Of a stretch of 64,000 nt of DNA, positions 47,650 to 58,716 are shown piece by piece (within the stretch, counting starts at the first letter, position 1; every line of letters begins with the position of its first letter). The notes below the pieces were generated by a model. The model was not told the DNA's origin. It searched no databases and worked only from the letters and a program-made list of their open reading frames with translations. The DNA is taken from the NCBI RefSeq assembly GCF_048403405.1, contig NZ_CP183129.1. One strand, given 5' to 3'. The stretch is from Escherichia coli (GTDB taxonomy: Bacteria > Pseudomonadota > Gammaproteobacteria > Enterobacterales > Enterobacteriaceae). A program made the position numbers and the translations under genes.

Positions 47650-48638
47650 TTTACGTCTCTCGCCGATTAATCATCACCTGTTTGCTGCTAATTACCGCCT
47701 GTGTGGTTGCAGGTATCTGGGGATTACGCAGCGGTACCGTCACGCTGGAAACCTCGCAGGTATTCGCCGCGCTGATGGGCGATGCGCCGCGCAGTATGAC
47801 GATGGTGGTCACCGAATGGCGTTTACCACGCGTGCTGATGGCGCTGTTGATTGGCGCGGCACTGGGCGTCAGCGGCGCGATTTTTCAGTCGCTGATGCGT
47901 AACCCGCTCGGCAGCCCTGACGTAATGGGCTTTAACACCGGGGCGTGGAGCGGCGTGCTGGTGGCGATGGTGCTGTTTGGTCAGGACCTGACGGCTATCG
48001 CCCTGGCAGCAATGGTGGGCGGCATTGTCACCTCGCTGCTGGTCTGGCTGCTCGCCTGGCGTAACGGCATCGACACCTTTCGGTTGATTATTATCGGCAT
48101 CGGCGTTCGCGCCATGCTGGTGGCCTTTAATACCTGGCTGTTGCTGAAAGCGTCTTTAGAAACGGCGCTAACAGCAGGTTTGTGGAATGCCGGATCGCTC
48201 AACGGCCTGACGTGGGCAAAAACCTCGCCTTCCGCACCCATCATTATATTGATGCTCATTGCCGCCGCCTTACTGGTACGCCGGATGCGCTTGCTGGAAA
48301 TGGGCGATGATACCGCGTGTGCGTTGGGCGTCAGCGTCGAACGTTCGCGGCTGTTAATGATGCTGGTGGCAGTGGTGCTCACCGCTGCGGCAACGGCGCT
48401 TGCCGGGCCGATTTCCTTTATTGCTTTAGTCGCGCCGCACATTGCCCGACGCATTAGCGGCACCGCTCGCTGGGGGCTGACCCAGGCGGCGCTGTGCGGG
48501 GCGCTGTTACTGCTGGCGGCCGATCTCTGCGCCCAACAACTGTTTATGCCGTATCAACTTCCGGTTGGCGTCGTTACCGTCAGCCTCGGCGGTATTTACC
48601 TTATCGTCTTGTTAATTCAGGAGTCTCGCAAAAAATGA
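47646..48638 (+). CDS. fepG: Ferric-enterobactin ABC permease FepG
   Basis: 330-aa ORF; ATGA overlaps with fepD and fepC. Confidence 0.9.
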   Translation: MIYVSRRLIITCLLLITACVVAGIWGLRSGTVTLETSQVFAALMGDAPRSMTMVVTEWRLPRVLMALLIGAALGVSGAIFQSLMRNPLGSPDVMGFNTGAWSGVLVAMVLFGQDLTAIALAAMVGGIVTSLLVWLLAWRNGIDTFRLIIIGIGVRAMLVAFNTWLLLKASLETALTAGLWNAGSLNGLTWAKTSPSAPIIILMLIAAALLVRRMRLLEMGDDTACALGVSVERSRLLMMLVAVVLTAAATALAGPISFIALVAPHIARRISGTARWGLTQAALCGALLLLAADLCAQQLFMPYQLPVGVVTVSLGGIYLIVLLIQESRKK

Positions 48639-49450
48639 CCGAATCAGTAGCCCGTTTGCGTGGCGAACAGTTAACCCTCGGATATGGCAAATATACCGTT
48701 GCGGAAAATCTGACTGTAGAAATTCCTGATGGTCACTTCACGGCAATTATCGGGCCAAATGGCTGCGGTAAATCCACGTTACTGCGTACCTTAAGCCGCC
48801 TGATGACGCCTGCTCACGGGCATGTCTGGCTGGATGGCGAGCACATTCAACATTACGCCAGTAAAGAGGTTGCACGCCGGATTGGCCTGTTGGCGCAAAA
48901 CGCCACAACGCCGGGAGATATCACCGTGCAGGAGCTGGTGGCGCGTGGGCGTTACCCGCATCAACCGCTGTTTACTCGCTGGCGCAAAGAAGATGAAGAA
49001 GCGGTAACGAAAGCGATGCAGGCCACGGGAATCACTCATCTGGCAGATCAAAGCGTGGATACCCTTTCTGGCGGACAACGCCAGCGAGCGTGGATAGCAA
49101 TGGTGCTGGCCCAGGAAACGGCAATTATGCTGCTCGATGAACCAACGACCTGGCTGGATATCAGTCATCAGATTGATCTCCTGGAACTGTTAAGCGAACT
49201 GAACCGCGAGAAAGGCTATACCCTGGCGGCGGTGCTGCACGATCTTAATCAGGCCTGTCGTTACGCCAGCCATTTGATTGCATTGCGGGAAGGGAAAATT
49301 GTTGCTCAGGGAGCGCCGAAGGAGATTGTCACTGCTGAATTGATCGAGCGCATTTATGGTCTGCGCTGCATGATTATTGACGATCCGGTAGCCGGAACTC
49401 CGCTCGTGGTGCCGCTCGGACGAACGGCACCTTCAACTGCCAAGATTTAA
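48635..49450 (+). CDS. fepC: Ferric-enterobactin ABC ATPase FepC
   Basis: 271 aa from MTESVARL...; Walker A GPNGCGKST; longer ORF-track start inside fepG rejected. Confidence 0.9.
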   Translation: MTESVARLRGEQLTLGYGKYTVAENLTVEIPDGHFTAIIGPNGCGKSTLLRTLSRLMTPAHGHVWLDGEHIQHYASKEVARRIGLLAQNATTPGDITVQELVARGRYPHQPLFTRWRKEDEEAVTKAMQATGITHLADQSVDTLSGGQRQRAWIAMVLAQETAIMLLDEPTTWLDISHQIDLLELLSELNREKGYTLAAVLHDLNQACRYASHLIALREGKIVAQGAPKEIVTAELIERIYGLRCMIIDDPVAGTPLVVPLGRTAPSTAKI

Positions 49451-50580
49451 ACTAAGTGCTCTTCCATCACGGCATCCTGTTTTCTGGATGCCATCGCATA
49501 GCGCAACAGCACGCCACCACAAGCCACCATCCCGCCGATCATCGCAGAAAGGATCACAATAATCGCCTTACCCGGACCGTCTTTTTTCACTGGCAATGAC
49601 GGGCTTAACTGATATTTAAACGGCGTAAAATTCACATCGTTGATATTTGCTTTTGTTAATTGCTCGACAAGATACTGACGATTACGTAATTCACCGTTCA
49701 GTTCCGCAACGTCAGTAACCGCTTTTTCAATTTCCAGTTTGCGTTCAATACCGTCTGCGCCGAGAGAAATAGAGAAATCGGGGTCATCTTTAACGGCCTG
49801 ACCATTACTGTAAACGGGCTTTTTAATTCCTGCCGCGTTGGCAATGTCGAGTGAATAATTGAGGCGCTGAATGTTTGCATCAAGTTGATTTTTCATTTTA
49901 ATGCGGTCCTGAGCCAGTTTTTCTTTTTCAAACTGGGTTTTAAGCTCCAGTCTATTGCGCTCATTTTCTATCGACTCTTTCACCACCAGAGCAGAGATAT
50001 AATCGATATACCCGCTCAAAACGGTTTGCGCCTCTTCATTGGTTGGCGCGGTAAAACTTAGCGTCCAGGAGGTATAAAGTGACGGTTCATCTTTTTTCTT
50101 ACTGGCATTGTCATCAACCGCTTTCATTTTTTCGCTCAATGCGACAATTGCGCGATGCAAATCCAGTTCGTCGATTTTCGCCTCTTTTAATTGGTCCATC
50201 ACATAAGGTGTTGAGCGCAGGTACTCTTCCAGCAAGCTAACCGACTGAAACTTCTTGATAAACAGGTTAAATGCTTCTGTACGATCAATTTTGATATCCA
50301 GATCCAGCACTCGAAGCTTAGTGAATGTTTTCTCCAGCTCTTGCCACTGAACAGGTTCTGGAGGCGTGACAACCGCCGCGCTGGTCCATTTTTGCGGCAG
50401 GATGAAAGAGATCAGCAAGCCTGCGCAGGCAAACGCAAAAATGACCGCCATGACCGTTTTTTTGGCCCGCCATAAAACTGCGATTAGATTAAGTAAATCA
50501 ATTTCATTATTACTGGGCGACGCCAGAGGATACTCAGGAAAATGAGCGTCACTTCCCTGTTTAATATTCAGTGATGACAT
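49447..50580 (-). CDS. fepE: Polysaccharide co-polymerase family protein FepE (O-antigen very-long-chain regulator)
   Basis: 377 aa from MSSLNIKQG... Confidence 0.85.
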   Translation of the reverse strand: MSSLNIKQGSDAHFPEYPLASPSNNEIDLLNLIAVLWRAKKTVMAVIFAFACAGLLISFILPQKWTSAAVVTPPEPVQWQELEKTFTKLRVLDLDIKIDRTEAFNLFIKKFQSVSLLEEYLRSTPYVMDQLKEAKIDELDLHRAIVALSEKMKAVDDNASKKKDEPSLYTSWTLSFTAPTNEEAQTVLSGYIDYISALVVKESIENERNRLELKTQFEKEKLAQDRIKMKNQLDANIQRLNYSLDIANAAGIKKPVYSNGQAVKDDPDFSISLGADGIERKLEIEKAVTDVAELNGELRNRQYLVEQLTKANINDVNFTPFKYQLSPSLPVKKDGPGKAIIVILSAMIGGMVACGGVLLRYAMASRKQDAVMEEHLV

Positions 50581-50740
50581 GGGGTATAACCTGAAAATGA
50601 GTCCAATAGGGGAAATCTCCACGGCGCTCACTTTACCAGTTGGTGATAATTATTCGAAGCTGAAGTTTGTAAATTCCTTCCACTGAATGCAACATTCACT
50701 CTATTTAAGAGAAATATTCATCAAACCTATAAATCAAACA

Positions 50741-50778
50741 AATAAAAAACCCATAATTATTTTCTGTAATTATGGGTT
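50741..50778 (-). terminator. Rho-independent terminator after entF (minus strand)
   Basis: AACCCATAATTA...TAATTATGGGTT hairpin, with A-run on plus strand giving a T-run on the transcript. Confidence 0.7.
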
Positions 50779-50794
50779 TATAGATAATGTTAAT

Positions 50795-53700
50795 TTATCT
50801 GTTTAGCGTTGCGCGAATAATCGGCCCAATTTTTTCAAATGCCCCTGGAGAGATAATATCCACATGCGCACAATCCTGACGATAGATATCCAGCTCGGCT
50901 ATCCACGGCGACCAGACGCGTTCGGGATTCATACCTTCCTGAAGCGTGCGTTCAGCAACAAACAGCGTCGCTTTACCGTCAAACGGTACGCTATGAGCAG
51001 TCGTCAGCAGGCGCACAGCATCAGCGTAGTTGCCTTCAATGGTGGTAAACAACTCCGTTGAAGTACTTCCCTGCTGTGCCGCCAGGAAGGCCTCGCGCTC
51101 GCGGTTAATCTCCGCCAGCACTTCCGGGTCCAGGCCATTAGCCTCTTTTTCCTGCCAGTTTTGCGTTTCTGGCGGCCAGGTATCCAGCAAGCCAAGAAAT
51201 GCCACCTGTTCGCCACGGGCACGCAGCCGCGCCGCAATACCCTGCGCCAGCGTACCGCCCAGCGAATAACCCAGCAGGTAATAAGGGCCGTGCGGTTGAT
51301 GCTCAAGTAACGTTGCCAGATGCGCTTCGCAGACTTCATCCAGATTTGCCGCGGTCTGCATGGGGCCATTGGGGCGCGGCGACTGAATGCCGATAATCGA
51401 CCATTGTGGATCGAGATAACGCGAGAGCACGCTGAACTGCCAGGCAAAACCGGACGCAGGATGGAAACAAAACAGCGTCGGGCCATTACCTTCACGCAAC
51501 GGCAGAATGGTTTCGAATCCCATGCGCCGGGAGCTGTCTTCTTCACCATCAATAATCGTTGCCAGTTTGGCGACAGTTGACGCGACCATCACCTGCCCCG
51601 GCGTCACCTGGCGGGTAAACTGCCGACTTAACTGCGCAGCCAGTTTCATTGCCAGTAGCGAATGACCGCCAAGCGCGAAGAAATCAGCATCGGCATCCTG
51701 CACGTCACAACCCAGCAACGACGAGAATGCCGCGGCGATAATCGTTTCACTGCCCGCTTTCGGCGCACGCCCCGGCGCTTGTGCCTTCAGTTCAGGCAAC
51801 GGTAAGGCTTTGCGATCCAGCTTGCCGTTGGCGCTAAGCGGCAACTGCGGAAGTTGCAGCAGAACCACGGGCACCATATGCGGTGGCAATGTTTCGCGCA
51901 ACTGCGCCTGCAATGCAGTGGTATCCAACGGCAGGCCTGATTGCGACACCAGATACCCAACCAACTGACGCGCATCGCCTCCCGTTGCGGCAGCCTGGTT
52001 AATAACGCAGGCGTGGGTCACGGCCTGTTCAACGTCCGGCAGCGCCTGCATCACGCGATCGATTTCGCCCAGTTCGATACGCTGCCCGCGAATTTTTAGC
52101 TGATCGTCACTGCGCCCGAGGTACTCCACCGCGCCGTTATCCAGCCAGCGGGCAACGTCTCCGGTACGGTACATCCGTTCGCCAGGGGCAAAAGGATTGG
52201 CAATAAAGCGGCTGGCGGTCAGATCGGGTCGTCCGAGATAGCCCTGCGCCAGTTGTATGCCAGTGAGATAGAGATCTCCCGCCACACCCGGCGGCACCGG
52301 ATGCATCATCGCATCAAGAATACGCAGGCCCGTATTCCACACCGGATAACCAATCGGCACACTGCTGCCGCGCACCTGAGCCAGTTCCTCGCCAAAAGCC
52401 GGATACCAGCTGACATCTACCGCCGCTTCCGTCGGGCCATATAGATTATGCAACGGCACGCTGGTTAACTGTTGCCATTCGCGGCATAAATCAGCGGGTA
52501 AGGCCTCACCACTACAGAAAACCTGTTTCAACGTCGCGCAATTCTGGCGAGCGGTTTGCGGCGTCAGCGATGCAACAAATGCCGCCAGCATCGACGGCAC
52601 AAAGTGCGTAGTCGTTACGCCATATTCGGCAAAGAATTGCTGCATAGCGAGCGGATCGCGGTGCGCTTCCGGTTCAGCCATCACCAGTTTAGCCCCGGCA
52701 ATAAACGGCCAGAAAAACTCCCACACCGAGACATCAAAACTGCACGGCGTTTTTTGGGCAACGACATCTTCGCCTGTAAGCGGGTAGTGGTTTTGCATCC
52801 AAAGCAGGCGGTTAACGATAGCCGTCTGCCCGACCATTACCCCTTTCGGCCTGCCGGTGGAGCCAGAGGTAAAGATGATATAAGCCGTGTGGTGCGGTTG
52901 TGAAAGTTTCAGCGGCGCACTGCCCTGCGGTGTAAGCGGGGCGTTATAGCAAAGGCGGGTTAAATCTGGAACATCGGCAAAGCGCGGCAGTTGATCGTCG
53001 GTGGTGATTAACAGCGACGGACGCGCATCTTCCAGCATCATTTTCAGGCGATCGTCCGGATAGCCGGTATCCAGCGGTAACCAGGCCGCACCAGCCTCAA
53101 CAATTGCATGTAGCGCCAGAGTCAAAAAGACCGAGCGCGGTAGCGCCACCGCCACGCTGTCGCCTGGTTTAACGCCGCGCTCACGCAGCAGATTCGCCAG
53201 CGCCACCACCTGCTCGCGCATTTCCCGATAGCTAAACTGGTAACTCGCATCAACCAGCGCCGGAGCATGCGGTGTTTTTGCCGCCTGTTCCGCCACCAGC
53301 GCGCTCAGCGTGGTTTCTGGAATCTCAACCTGAGTGGCGTTGATCTGCGCCAGCTGCACATATTCACCTGGCAGCATAATATCGACATCGCCGCACAACA
53401 GCGCCGGATCCGCGGCGAACTGGGCAATCAGCATTTTCAGGCGTTCAGCGTGTTGAATTAACGTTGGCTCATCGTAACGCTGTTTATTGGCGAGGATCTC
53501 AATACTCAAATCACCGTGTTCATCCGGGAACAGTGCCAGTTCAAGGTCATTAACCGGACCGGTTGCCAGGGTATGGGTTTGCGCCTGAACACCAGGAATA
53601 TCCAGTTGGTAATCAAATACCTTGATATTGAGTACCGGACCAAACAGCGGTTCATCACCTGCCGCTCGCCCGCTGTCACGGACAATTTGTTCGGCATCGT

Positions 53701-54676
53701 AACGTTGATGACGACGCATTTTTTTCAGTTGTGCTGCCAGTCGGGTTGCCAGTTGCGGCAGCGTTTCTTGCGCCTCAATATGAATACCCAACGGCAAAAC
53801 GTTGAGCACGGGTCCGGTAGCCGTCAGCGCCGCCGAGCCCAGTCGACGCATAAAGATAAATCCGGCGGCGTAGTCCATGCGATTGCACAATCGCCCCAGC
53901 CATAAGGCCACCAGCGCAAGGGCTAAATCGGTACGCTGCACACCTGAAAGTTGCGTAGCCAGCTGGCGGAATTCCCCGTCAGTAAATTCCAGTTTCAGGC
54001 GAAGAATATCTGCCGAAGCGCTGCGCCCCGGTAAAGGTGCCGGAGAAAGTGACGCGGGCGGCGGCAATTGACGACGCTGTTCCGCCCAGAATGCCGCATC
54101 ACGCTGCCAGGCTTCGCTTTCGCGGTATTGCTGGTACTCTTCCACTACATCAGCGAAAGGCGTAAACGGCGAAGCAGGCGTTGGTTCGCCACGCAGCCAT
54201 GCGCAGTAAATATTGGCGATCTGGCGGGTAATGGCCGGGAAACTGAAGCCATCGACCAGCAAATGGTGATAACGCTGATACCAGTACCAGCGGTTATCCG
54301 CCACCTGTATCAACTGATGAAAGACCAGTGGTTTACCGCTATCGACGCGCAAATCTTGTTGCAAATCCGCCTGCATTAATGCCCGCGCAGTACCGTGCGG
54401 ATCAATGTTGGTTCGCAGGTCGATAATTTCTGGCAATTCGAACGTCTGCGCATCATCGACCCACTGCCAGACTTCGCCGTTATCTTCCGTAAAACGCATC
54501 CGCAGCGTATCTGCTTGCGCTAATCCGGCAACCACCGCGCGGGCCAGTAATGGCGCATCAACCTCTCCGGTTAACTCAACGTAATGCGCCACGCTCCAGG
54601 CGGAGGGTAAATCCGACAGTTTTTCTGCCATCCAGATGCCGGGCTGTGCGGCGACCAAAGGTAAATGCTGGCTCAT
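50795..54676 (-). CDS. entF: Enterobactin synthase NRPS component F (C-A-T-TE)
   Basis: 1293 aa from MSQHLPLVAAQPGIW...; 46-codon upstream extension in ORF track not used. Confidence 0.95.
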   Translation of the reverse strand: MSQHLPLVAAQPGIWMAEKLSDLPSAWSVAHYVELTGEVDAPLLARAVVAGLAQADTLRMRFTEDNGEVWQWVDDAQTFELPEIIDLRTNIDPHGTARALMQADLQQDLRVDSGKPLVFHQLIQVADNRWYWYQRYHHLLVDGFSFPAITRQIANIYCAWLRGEPTPASPFTPFADVVEEYQQYRESEAWQRDAAFWAEQRRQLPPPASLSPAPLPGRSASADILRLKLEFTDGEFRQLATQLSGVQRTDLALALVALWLGRLCNRMDYAAGFIFMRRLGSAALTATGPVLNVLPLGIHIEAQETLPQLATRLAAQLKKMRRHQRYDAEQIVRDSGRAAGDEPLFGPVLNIKVFDYQLDIPGVQAQTHTLATGPVNDLELALFPDEHGDLSIEILANKQRYDEPTLIQHAERLKMLIAQFAADPALLCGDVDIMLPGEYVQLAQINATQVEIPETTLSALVAEQAAKTPHAPALVDASYQFSYREMREQVVALANLLRERGVKPGDSVAVALPRSVFLTLALHAIVEAGAAWLPLDTGYPDDRLKMMLEDARPSLLITTDDQLPRFADVPDLTRLCYNAPLTPQGSAPLKLSQPHHTAYIIFTSGSTGRPKGVMVGQTAIVNRLLWMQNHYPLTGEDVVAQKTPCSFDVSVWEFFWPFIAGAKLVMAEPEAHRDPLAMQQFFAEYGVTTTHFVPSMLAAFVASLTPQTARQNCATLKQVFCSGEALPADLCREWQQLTSVPLHNLYGPTEAAVDVSWYPAFGEELAQVRGSSVPIGYPVWNTGLRILDAMMHPVPPGVAGDLYLTGIQLAQGYLGRPDLTASRFIANPFAPGERMYRTGDVARWLDNGAVEYLGRSDDQLKIRGQRIELGEIDRVMQALPDVEQAVTHACVINQAAATGGDARQLVGYLVSQSGLPLDTTALQAQLRETLPPHMVPVVLLQLPQLPLSANGKLDRKALPLPELKAQAPGRAPKAGSETIIAAAFSSLLGCDVQDADADFFALGGHSLLAMKLAAQLSRQFTRQVTPGQVMVASTVAKLATIIDGEEDSSRRMGFETILPLREGNGPTLFCFHPASGFAWQFSVLSRYLDPQWSIIGIQSPRPNGPMQTAANLDEVCEAHLATLLEHQPHGPYYLLGYSLGGTLAQGIAARLRARGEQVAFLGLLDTWPPETQNWQEKEANGLDPEVLAEINREREAFLAAQQGSTSTELFTTIEGNYADAVRLLTTAHSVPFDGKATLFVAERTLQEGMNPERVWSPWIAELDIYRQDCAHVDIISPGAFEKIGPIIRATLNR

Positions 54677-54891
54677 TGTGCCTCCTGCAACTGGGTGAAA
54701 TTCGTCGGTGTCAGAGTACGCCAGTGGGCTTCCAGCCACTGCTGGCAGGACGCCTGTGACTGCGGCTGACACACAACGTCCCAGCCTGCCGGTAAGGCGC
54801 ATTGTTGCGGCCACAGACTGAATTGCCCCTGCGCATTGCGCAAAATGTAAAACGCTCCCTGCGGATCATCGAAGGGATTACTGAATGCCAT
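54673..54891 (-). CDS. ybdZ: MbtH-like protein, partner of the EntF adenylation domain
   Basis: 72 aa from MAFSNPFDDPQGAFYIL...; TGA overlaps the entF ATG. Confidence 0.85.
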   Translation of the reverse strand: MAFSNPFDDPQGAFYILRNAQGQFSLWPQQCALPAGWDVVCQPQSQASCQQWLEAHWRTLTPTNFTQLQEAQ

Positions 54892-54893
54892 AT

Positions 54894-56096
54894 TCAACTC
54901 CTGTCATGGAAAAGTGGTTGCCAGAGGTCGATTAGCCCCTGCATCAAGCCACCGCGCCAACAAAGCGCATCATGTCCGCCGTCAACCTGACGCCAGAAAA
55001 TGGATTCTTTTATGGGGTGTAATTGCGCATACAGCGCCTGATTGGCCCGCATGATCATCGGCTCGCGAATACCCGCTTCCAGCACAATGCGCAGACCTTC
55101 GGCGCTAACTTCACCAGTTTTTAGCTGTTCAAGTAACACGCCCTCTTGCTGCCCGCCTCGATGCGGCCACCAGTATGATCCTGACTGGCTTAATACACAG
55201 CCAAAGCGTTCAGGCCAGTTTAGTCCGGCATACAGCGCGGAAAGCCCACCAAAACTCTGCCCGGCGACCACGGTGCGATCGGCGCGATCGCTAAAAGGGG
55301 CAATAGCTTTCACCAGGGGTAATAACTCTTGCTGTACTGCCAGCCAGAAATCCGCATTACACGGCAGTTCGTGGGCGCGGTGCGTGGTGTCGATAGCGTC
55401 GATCAACACATACACGGCGGGAGGAAGTTGCTGACGATGGGTCAGCGAAGTCAGCACAGGCCAGACGGGCATACTTTGCGCCCAAAATTCGCCATCGAGC
55501 AAAACTGCCAGCGGGCGTTCTTCTGCTGTTACATCGCCGGTGGTAAAAATCCATACACGACGTGAATTTTTCAACCATTCACTTTTCCAGATAATTTCTT
55601 TGGCAGGTGTTTCTGGCGCTTGCGGACAATCCCAACCCGGTTGCAGGGGCGCTTGCGGCATTTCGAGTGCAGAAACAGCGTGCCCTCGCCCGCCTTTCCA
55701 GCTTTGTGGATTCAGCGGATCGGCTATCGCCTGGGGCAATAGTTTTCGCCAGCCTTCACGTAATTCGAGGCGATCGGGGGATGGTGCAGAAAAAATGTCA
55801 TCGCGTTCGGTGGGAATAAAACAGTAGCTGCCGCGCCAGTTGGCATTAAGTTGTGTCGTCCACTGCCAGACGTTGGTACCTGCAATTCGCTGCATCGACT
55901 GGGGCTGGCTGTTCTGATGGTGATCGGTCACACCAGTGATGTAGACCCATACGCGCTTTATCGTCGAGTATTCTTCAGAACCCTGGGGATCACGCCACCA
56001 GAAAGTGACCTCAAACATTTCGTCATTCAGACGCTGCCATTCCGGGCCATGTTTCGACTGCCACCAGCTCTCACTTCCTACTTTTAACGCCGTCAC
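54894..56096 (-). CDS. fes: Enterobactin/ferric-enterobactin esterase
   Basis: 400-aa ORF; esterase GxSxG (AGQSFGG). Confidence 0.9.
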   Translation of the reverse strand: MTALKVGSESWWQSKHGPEWQRLNDEMFEVTFWWRDPQGSEEYSTIKRVWVYITGVTDHHQNSQPQSMQRIAGTNVWQWTTQLNANWRGSYCFIPTERDDIFSAPSPDRLELREGWRKLLPQAIADPLNPQSWKGGRGHAVSALEMPQAPLQPGWDCPQAPETPAKEIIWKSEWLKNSRRVWIFTTGDVTAEERPLAVLLDGEFWAQSMPVWPVLTSLTHRQQLPPAVYVLIDAIDTTHRAHELPCNADFWLAVQQELLPLVKAIAPFSDRADRTVVAGQSFGGLSALYAGLNWPERFGCVLSQSGSYWWPHRGGQQEGVLLEQLKTGEVSAEGLRIVLEAGIREPMIMRANQALYAQLHPIKESIFWRQVDGGHDALCWRGGLMQGLIDLWQPLFHDRS

Positions 56097-56147
56097 ACCA
56101 TAACCCCATGTTTACTGTGAAATTTTTCATTGATTGCAGAAATATAT

Positions 56148-56184
56148 TGATAATATTATTGATAACTATTTGCATTTGCAATAG
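56148..56184. promoter_or_regulatory. Fur box in divergent fes / fepA promoter
   Basis: TGATAATATTATTGATAACTATTTGCATTTGCAATAG. Confidence 0.7.
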
Positions 56185-56338
56185 CGTAATGGCGCGCCGT
56201 GGGAAGCGCGGACATTAATTAACCAACTGCACTGCGTGTCTTTCAGGATCAAAGGTTTTCGCGGTAGCGGGATGCGTCGTGTTGATGACGACCATGCCCG
56301 ACAGTTGCAATTCGTGGCAAAAATGCAGGAATAAAACA

Positions 56339-58579
56339 ATGAACAAGAAGATTCATTCCCTGGCCTTGTTGGTCAATCTGGGGATTTATGGGGTAGCACA
56401 GGCACAAGAGCCAACCGATACTCCTGTTTCACATGACGATACCATTGTCGTTACCGCCGCCGAGCAGAACTTGCAGGCACCTGGCGTTTCGACCATCACC
56501 GCAGATGAAATCCGCAAAAACCCGGTTGCCCGCGATGTGTCGGAGATCATCCGTACCATGCCAGGCGTTAACCTGACCGGTAACTCCACCAGTGGTCAGC
56601 GTGGGAATAACCGACAGATTGATATTCGCGGCATGGGTCCGGAAAACACGCTGATTTTGATTGACGGCAAGCCGGTAAGCAGCCGTAACTCGGTGCGTCA
56701 GGGCTGGCGTGGCGAGCGCGATACCCGTGGTGATACCTCCTGGGTGCCACCTGAAATGATTGAACGTATTGAAGTTCTGCGTGGTCCGGCAGCTGCGCGT
56801 TATGGCAACGGCGCGGCGGGCGGCGTGGTTAACATCATTACCAAAAAAGGCAGTGGTGAGTGGCACGGCTCGTGGGACGCATATTTCAATGCGCCAGAAC
56901 ATAAAGAGGAAGGTGCCACCAAACGCACTAACTTTAGCCTCACCGGTCCGCTGGGCGACGAATTCAGCTTCCGCTTGTATGGCAACCTCGACAAAACTCA
57001 GGCTGACGCGTGGGATATCAACCAGGGCCATCAGTCCGCGCGTGCCGGAACGTATGCCACGACGTTACCAGCCGGGCGCGAAGGGGTGATCAATAAAGAT
57101 ATTAACGGCGTGGTGCGCTGGGACTTCGCACCATTACAATCGCTGGAACTGGAAGCAGGTTACAGCCGCCAGGGTAACCTGTATGCGGGCGATACCCAGA
57201 ACACCAACTCTGACTCCTATACCCGCTCGAAATATGGCGATGAAACCAACCGTCTGTATCGCCAGAACTACTCGCTGACCTGGAACGGCGGCTGGGATAA
57301 CGGCGTGACCACCAGCAACTGGGTGCAGTACGAACACACCCGTAACTCGCGTATTCCGGAAGGTCTGGCGGGCGGTACCGAAGGGAAATTTAACGAAAAA
57401 GCGACACAGGATTTCGTCGATATCGATCTCGATGACGTGATGCTGCACAGCGAAGTTAACCTGCCGATTGATTTCCTCATTAACCAGACGCTGACGCTGG
57501 GTACGGAGTGGAATCAGCAGCGGATGAAGGACTTGAGTTCCAACACCCAGGCGCTCACCGGGACGAATACCGGCGGCGCTATTGATGGCGTGAGTGCCAC
57601 CGACCGTAGCCCGTATTCAAAAGCAGAAATTTTCTCGCTGTTTGCCGAAAACAATATGGAGCTGACTGACAGCACCATCGTAACGCCGGGGCTGCGTTTC
57701 GATCATCACAGCATTGTTGGCAATAACTGGAGTCCGGCTCTAAACATATCGCAAGGTTTAGGCGATGACTTCACGCTGAAAATGGGCATTGCCCGTGCTT
57801 ATAAAGCGCCGAGTCTGTACCAGACTAACCCAAACTACATTCTCTACAGTAAAGGTCAGGGCTGCTATGCCAGCGCGGGCGGCTGCTATCTGCAAGGTAA
57901 TGATGACCTGAAAGCGGAAACCAGCATCAACAAAGAGATTGGTCTGGAGTTCAAACGCGACGGCTGGCTGGCGGGTGTGACCTGGTTCCGTAACGATTAT
58001 CGCAATAAGATTGAAGCGGGCTATGTGGCTGTAGGGCAAAACGCAGTCGGCACCGATCTCTATCAGTGGGATAACGTACCGAAAGCGGTGGTTGAAGGTC
58101 TGGAAGGATCGTTAAACGTACCGGTTAGCGAAACGGTGATGTGGACCAATAACATCACTTATATGCTGAAGAGTGAAAACAAAACCACGGGCGACCGTTT
58201 GTCGATCATCCCGGAGTATACGTTGAACTCAACGCTGAGCTGGCAGGCACGGGAAGATTTGTCGATGCAAACAACCTTCACCTGGTACGGCAAGCAGCAG
58301 CCGAAGAAGTACAACTATAAAGGTCAGCCAGCGGTTGGACCGGAAACCAAAGAAATCAGTCCGTACAGCATTGTGGGTCTGAGCGCGACCTGGGATGTGA
58401 CGAAGAATGTCAGTCTGACCGGCGGCGTGGACAACCTGTTCGACAAACGTTTGTGGCGTGCAGGTAATGCCCAGACCACGGGCGATCTGGCAGGAGCCAA
58501 CTATATCGCCGGTGCCGGGGCGTATACCTATAACGAGCCGGGACGTACGTGGTATATGAGCATTAATACTCACTTCTGA
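56339..58579 (+). CDS. fepA: Ferric-enterobactin TonB-dependent outer membrane receptor
   Basis: 746 aa from MNKKIHSLALL...; TonB box DTIVVTA; C-terminal ...NTHF. Confidence 0.95.
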   Translation: MNKKIHSLALLVNLGIYGVAQAQEPTDTPVSHDDTIVVTAAEQNLQAPGVSTITADEIRKNPVARDVSEIIRTMPGVNLTGNSTSGQRGNNRQIDIRGMGPENTLILIDGKPVSSRNSVRQGWRGERDTRGDTSWVPPEMIERIEVLRGPAAARYGNGAAGGVVNIITKKGSGEWHGSWDAYFNAPEHKEEGATKRTNFSLTGPLGDEFSFRLYGNLDKTQADAWDINQGHQSARAGTYATTLPAGREGVINKDINGVVRWDFAPLQSLELEAGYSRQGNLYAGDTQNTNSDSYTRSKYGDETNRLYRQNYSLTWNGGWDNGVTTSNWVQYEHTRNSRIPEGLAGGTEGKFNEKATQDFVDIDLDDVMLHSEVNLPIDFLINQTLTLGTEWNQQRMKDLSSNTQALTGTNTGGAIDGVSATDRSPYSKAEIFSLFAENNMELTDSTIVTPGLRFDHHSIVGNNWSPALNISQGLGDDFTLKMGIARAYKAPSLYQTNPNYILYSKGQGCYASAGGCYLQGNDDLKAETSINKEIGLEFKRDGWLAGVTWFRNDYRNKIEAGYVAVGQNAVGTDLYQWDNVPKAVVEGLEGSLNVPVSETVMWTNNITYMLKSENKTTGDRLSIIPEYTLNSTLSWQAREDLSMQTTFTWYGKQQPKKYNYKGQPAVGPETKEISPYSIVGLSATWDVTKNVSLTGGVDNLFDKRLWRAGNAQTTGDLAGANYIAGAGAYTYNEPGRTWYMSINTHF

Positions 58580-58618
58580 TGCTAACGTCAGATTGTTGAC
58601 AAAGTGCGCGTAGTTCAT

Positions 58619-58716
58619 GCCGGATGCGGCGTGAACGCCTTATCCGGCCTACAAAAATCTTGCCAATTCAATATATTGCAGGACCACGTAGGCCTGATAA
58701 GCGTAGCGCATCAGGC
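58619..58716. repeat. REP / BIME element (two inverted REP units) in fepA-entD spacer
   Basis: GCCGGATGCGGCGTGAACGCCTTATCCGGCCTAC and inverted GTAGGCCTGATAAGCGTAGCGCATCAGGC. Confidence 0.7.
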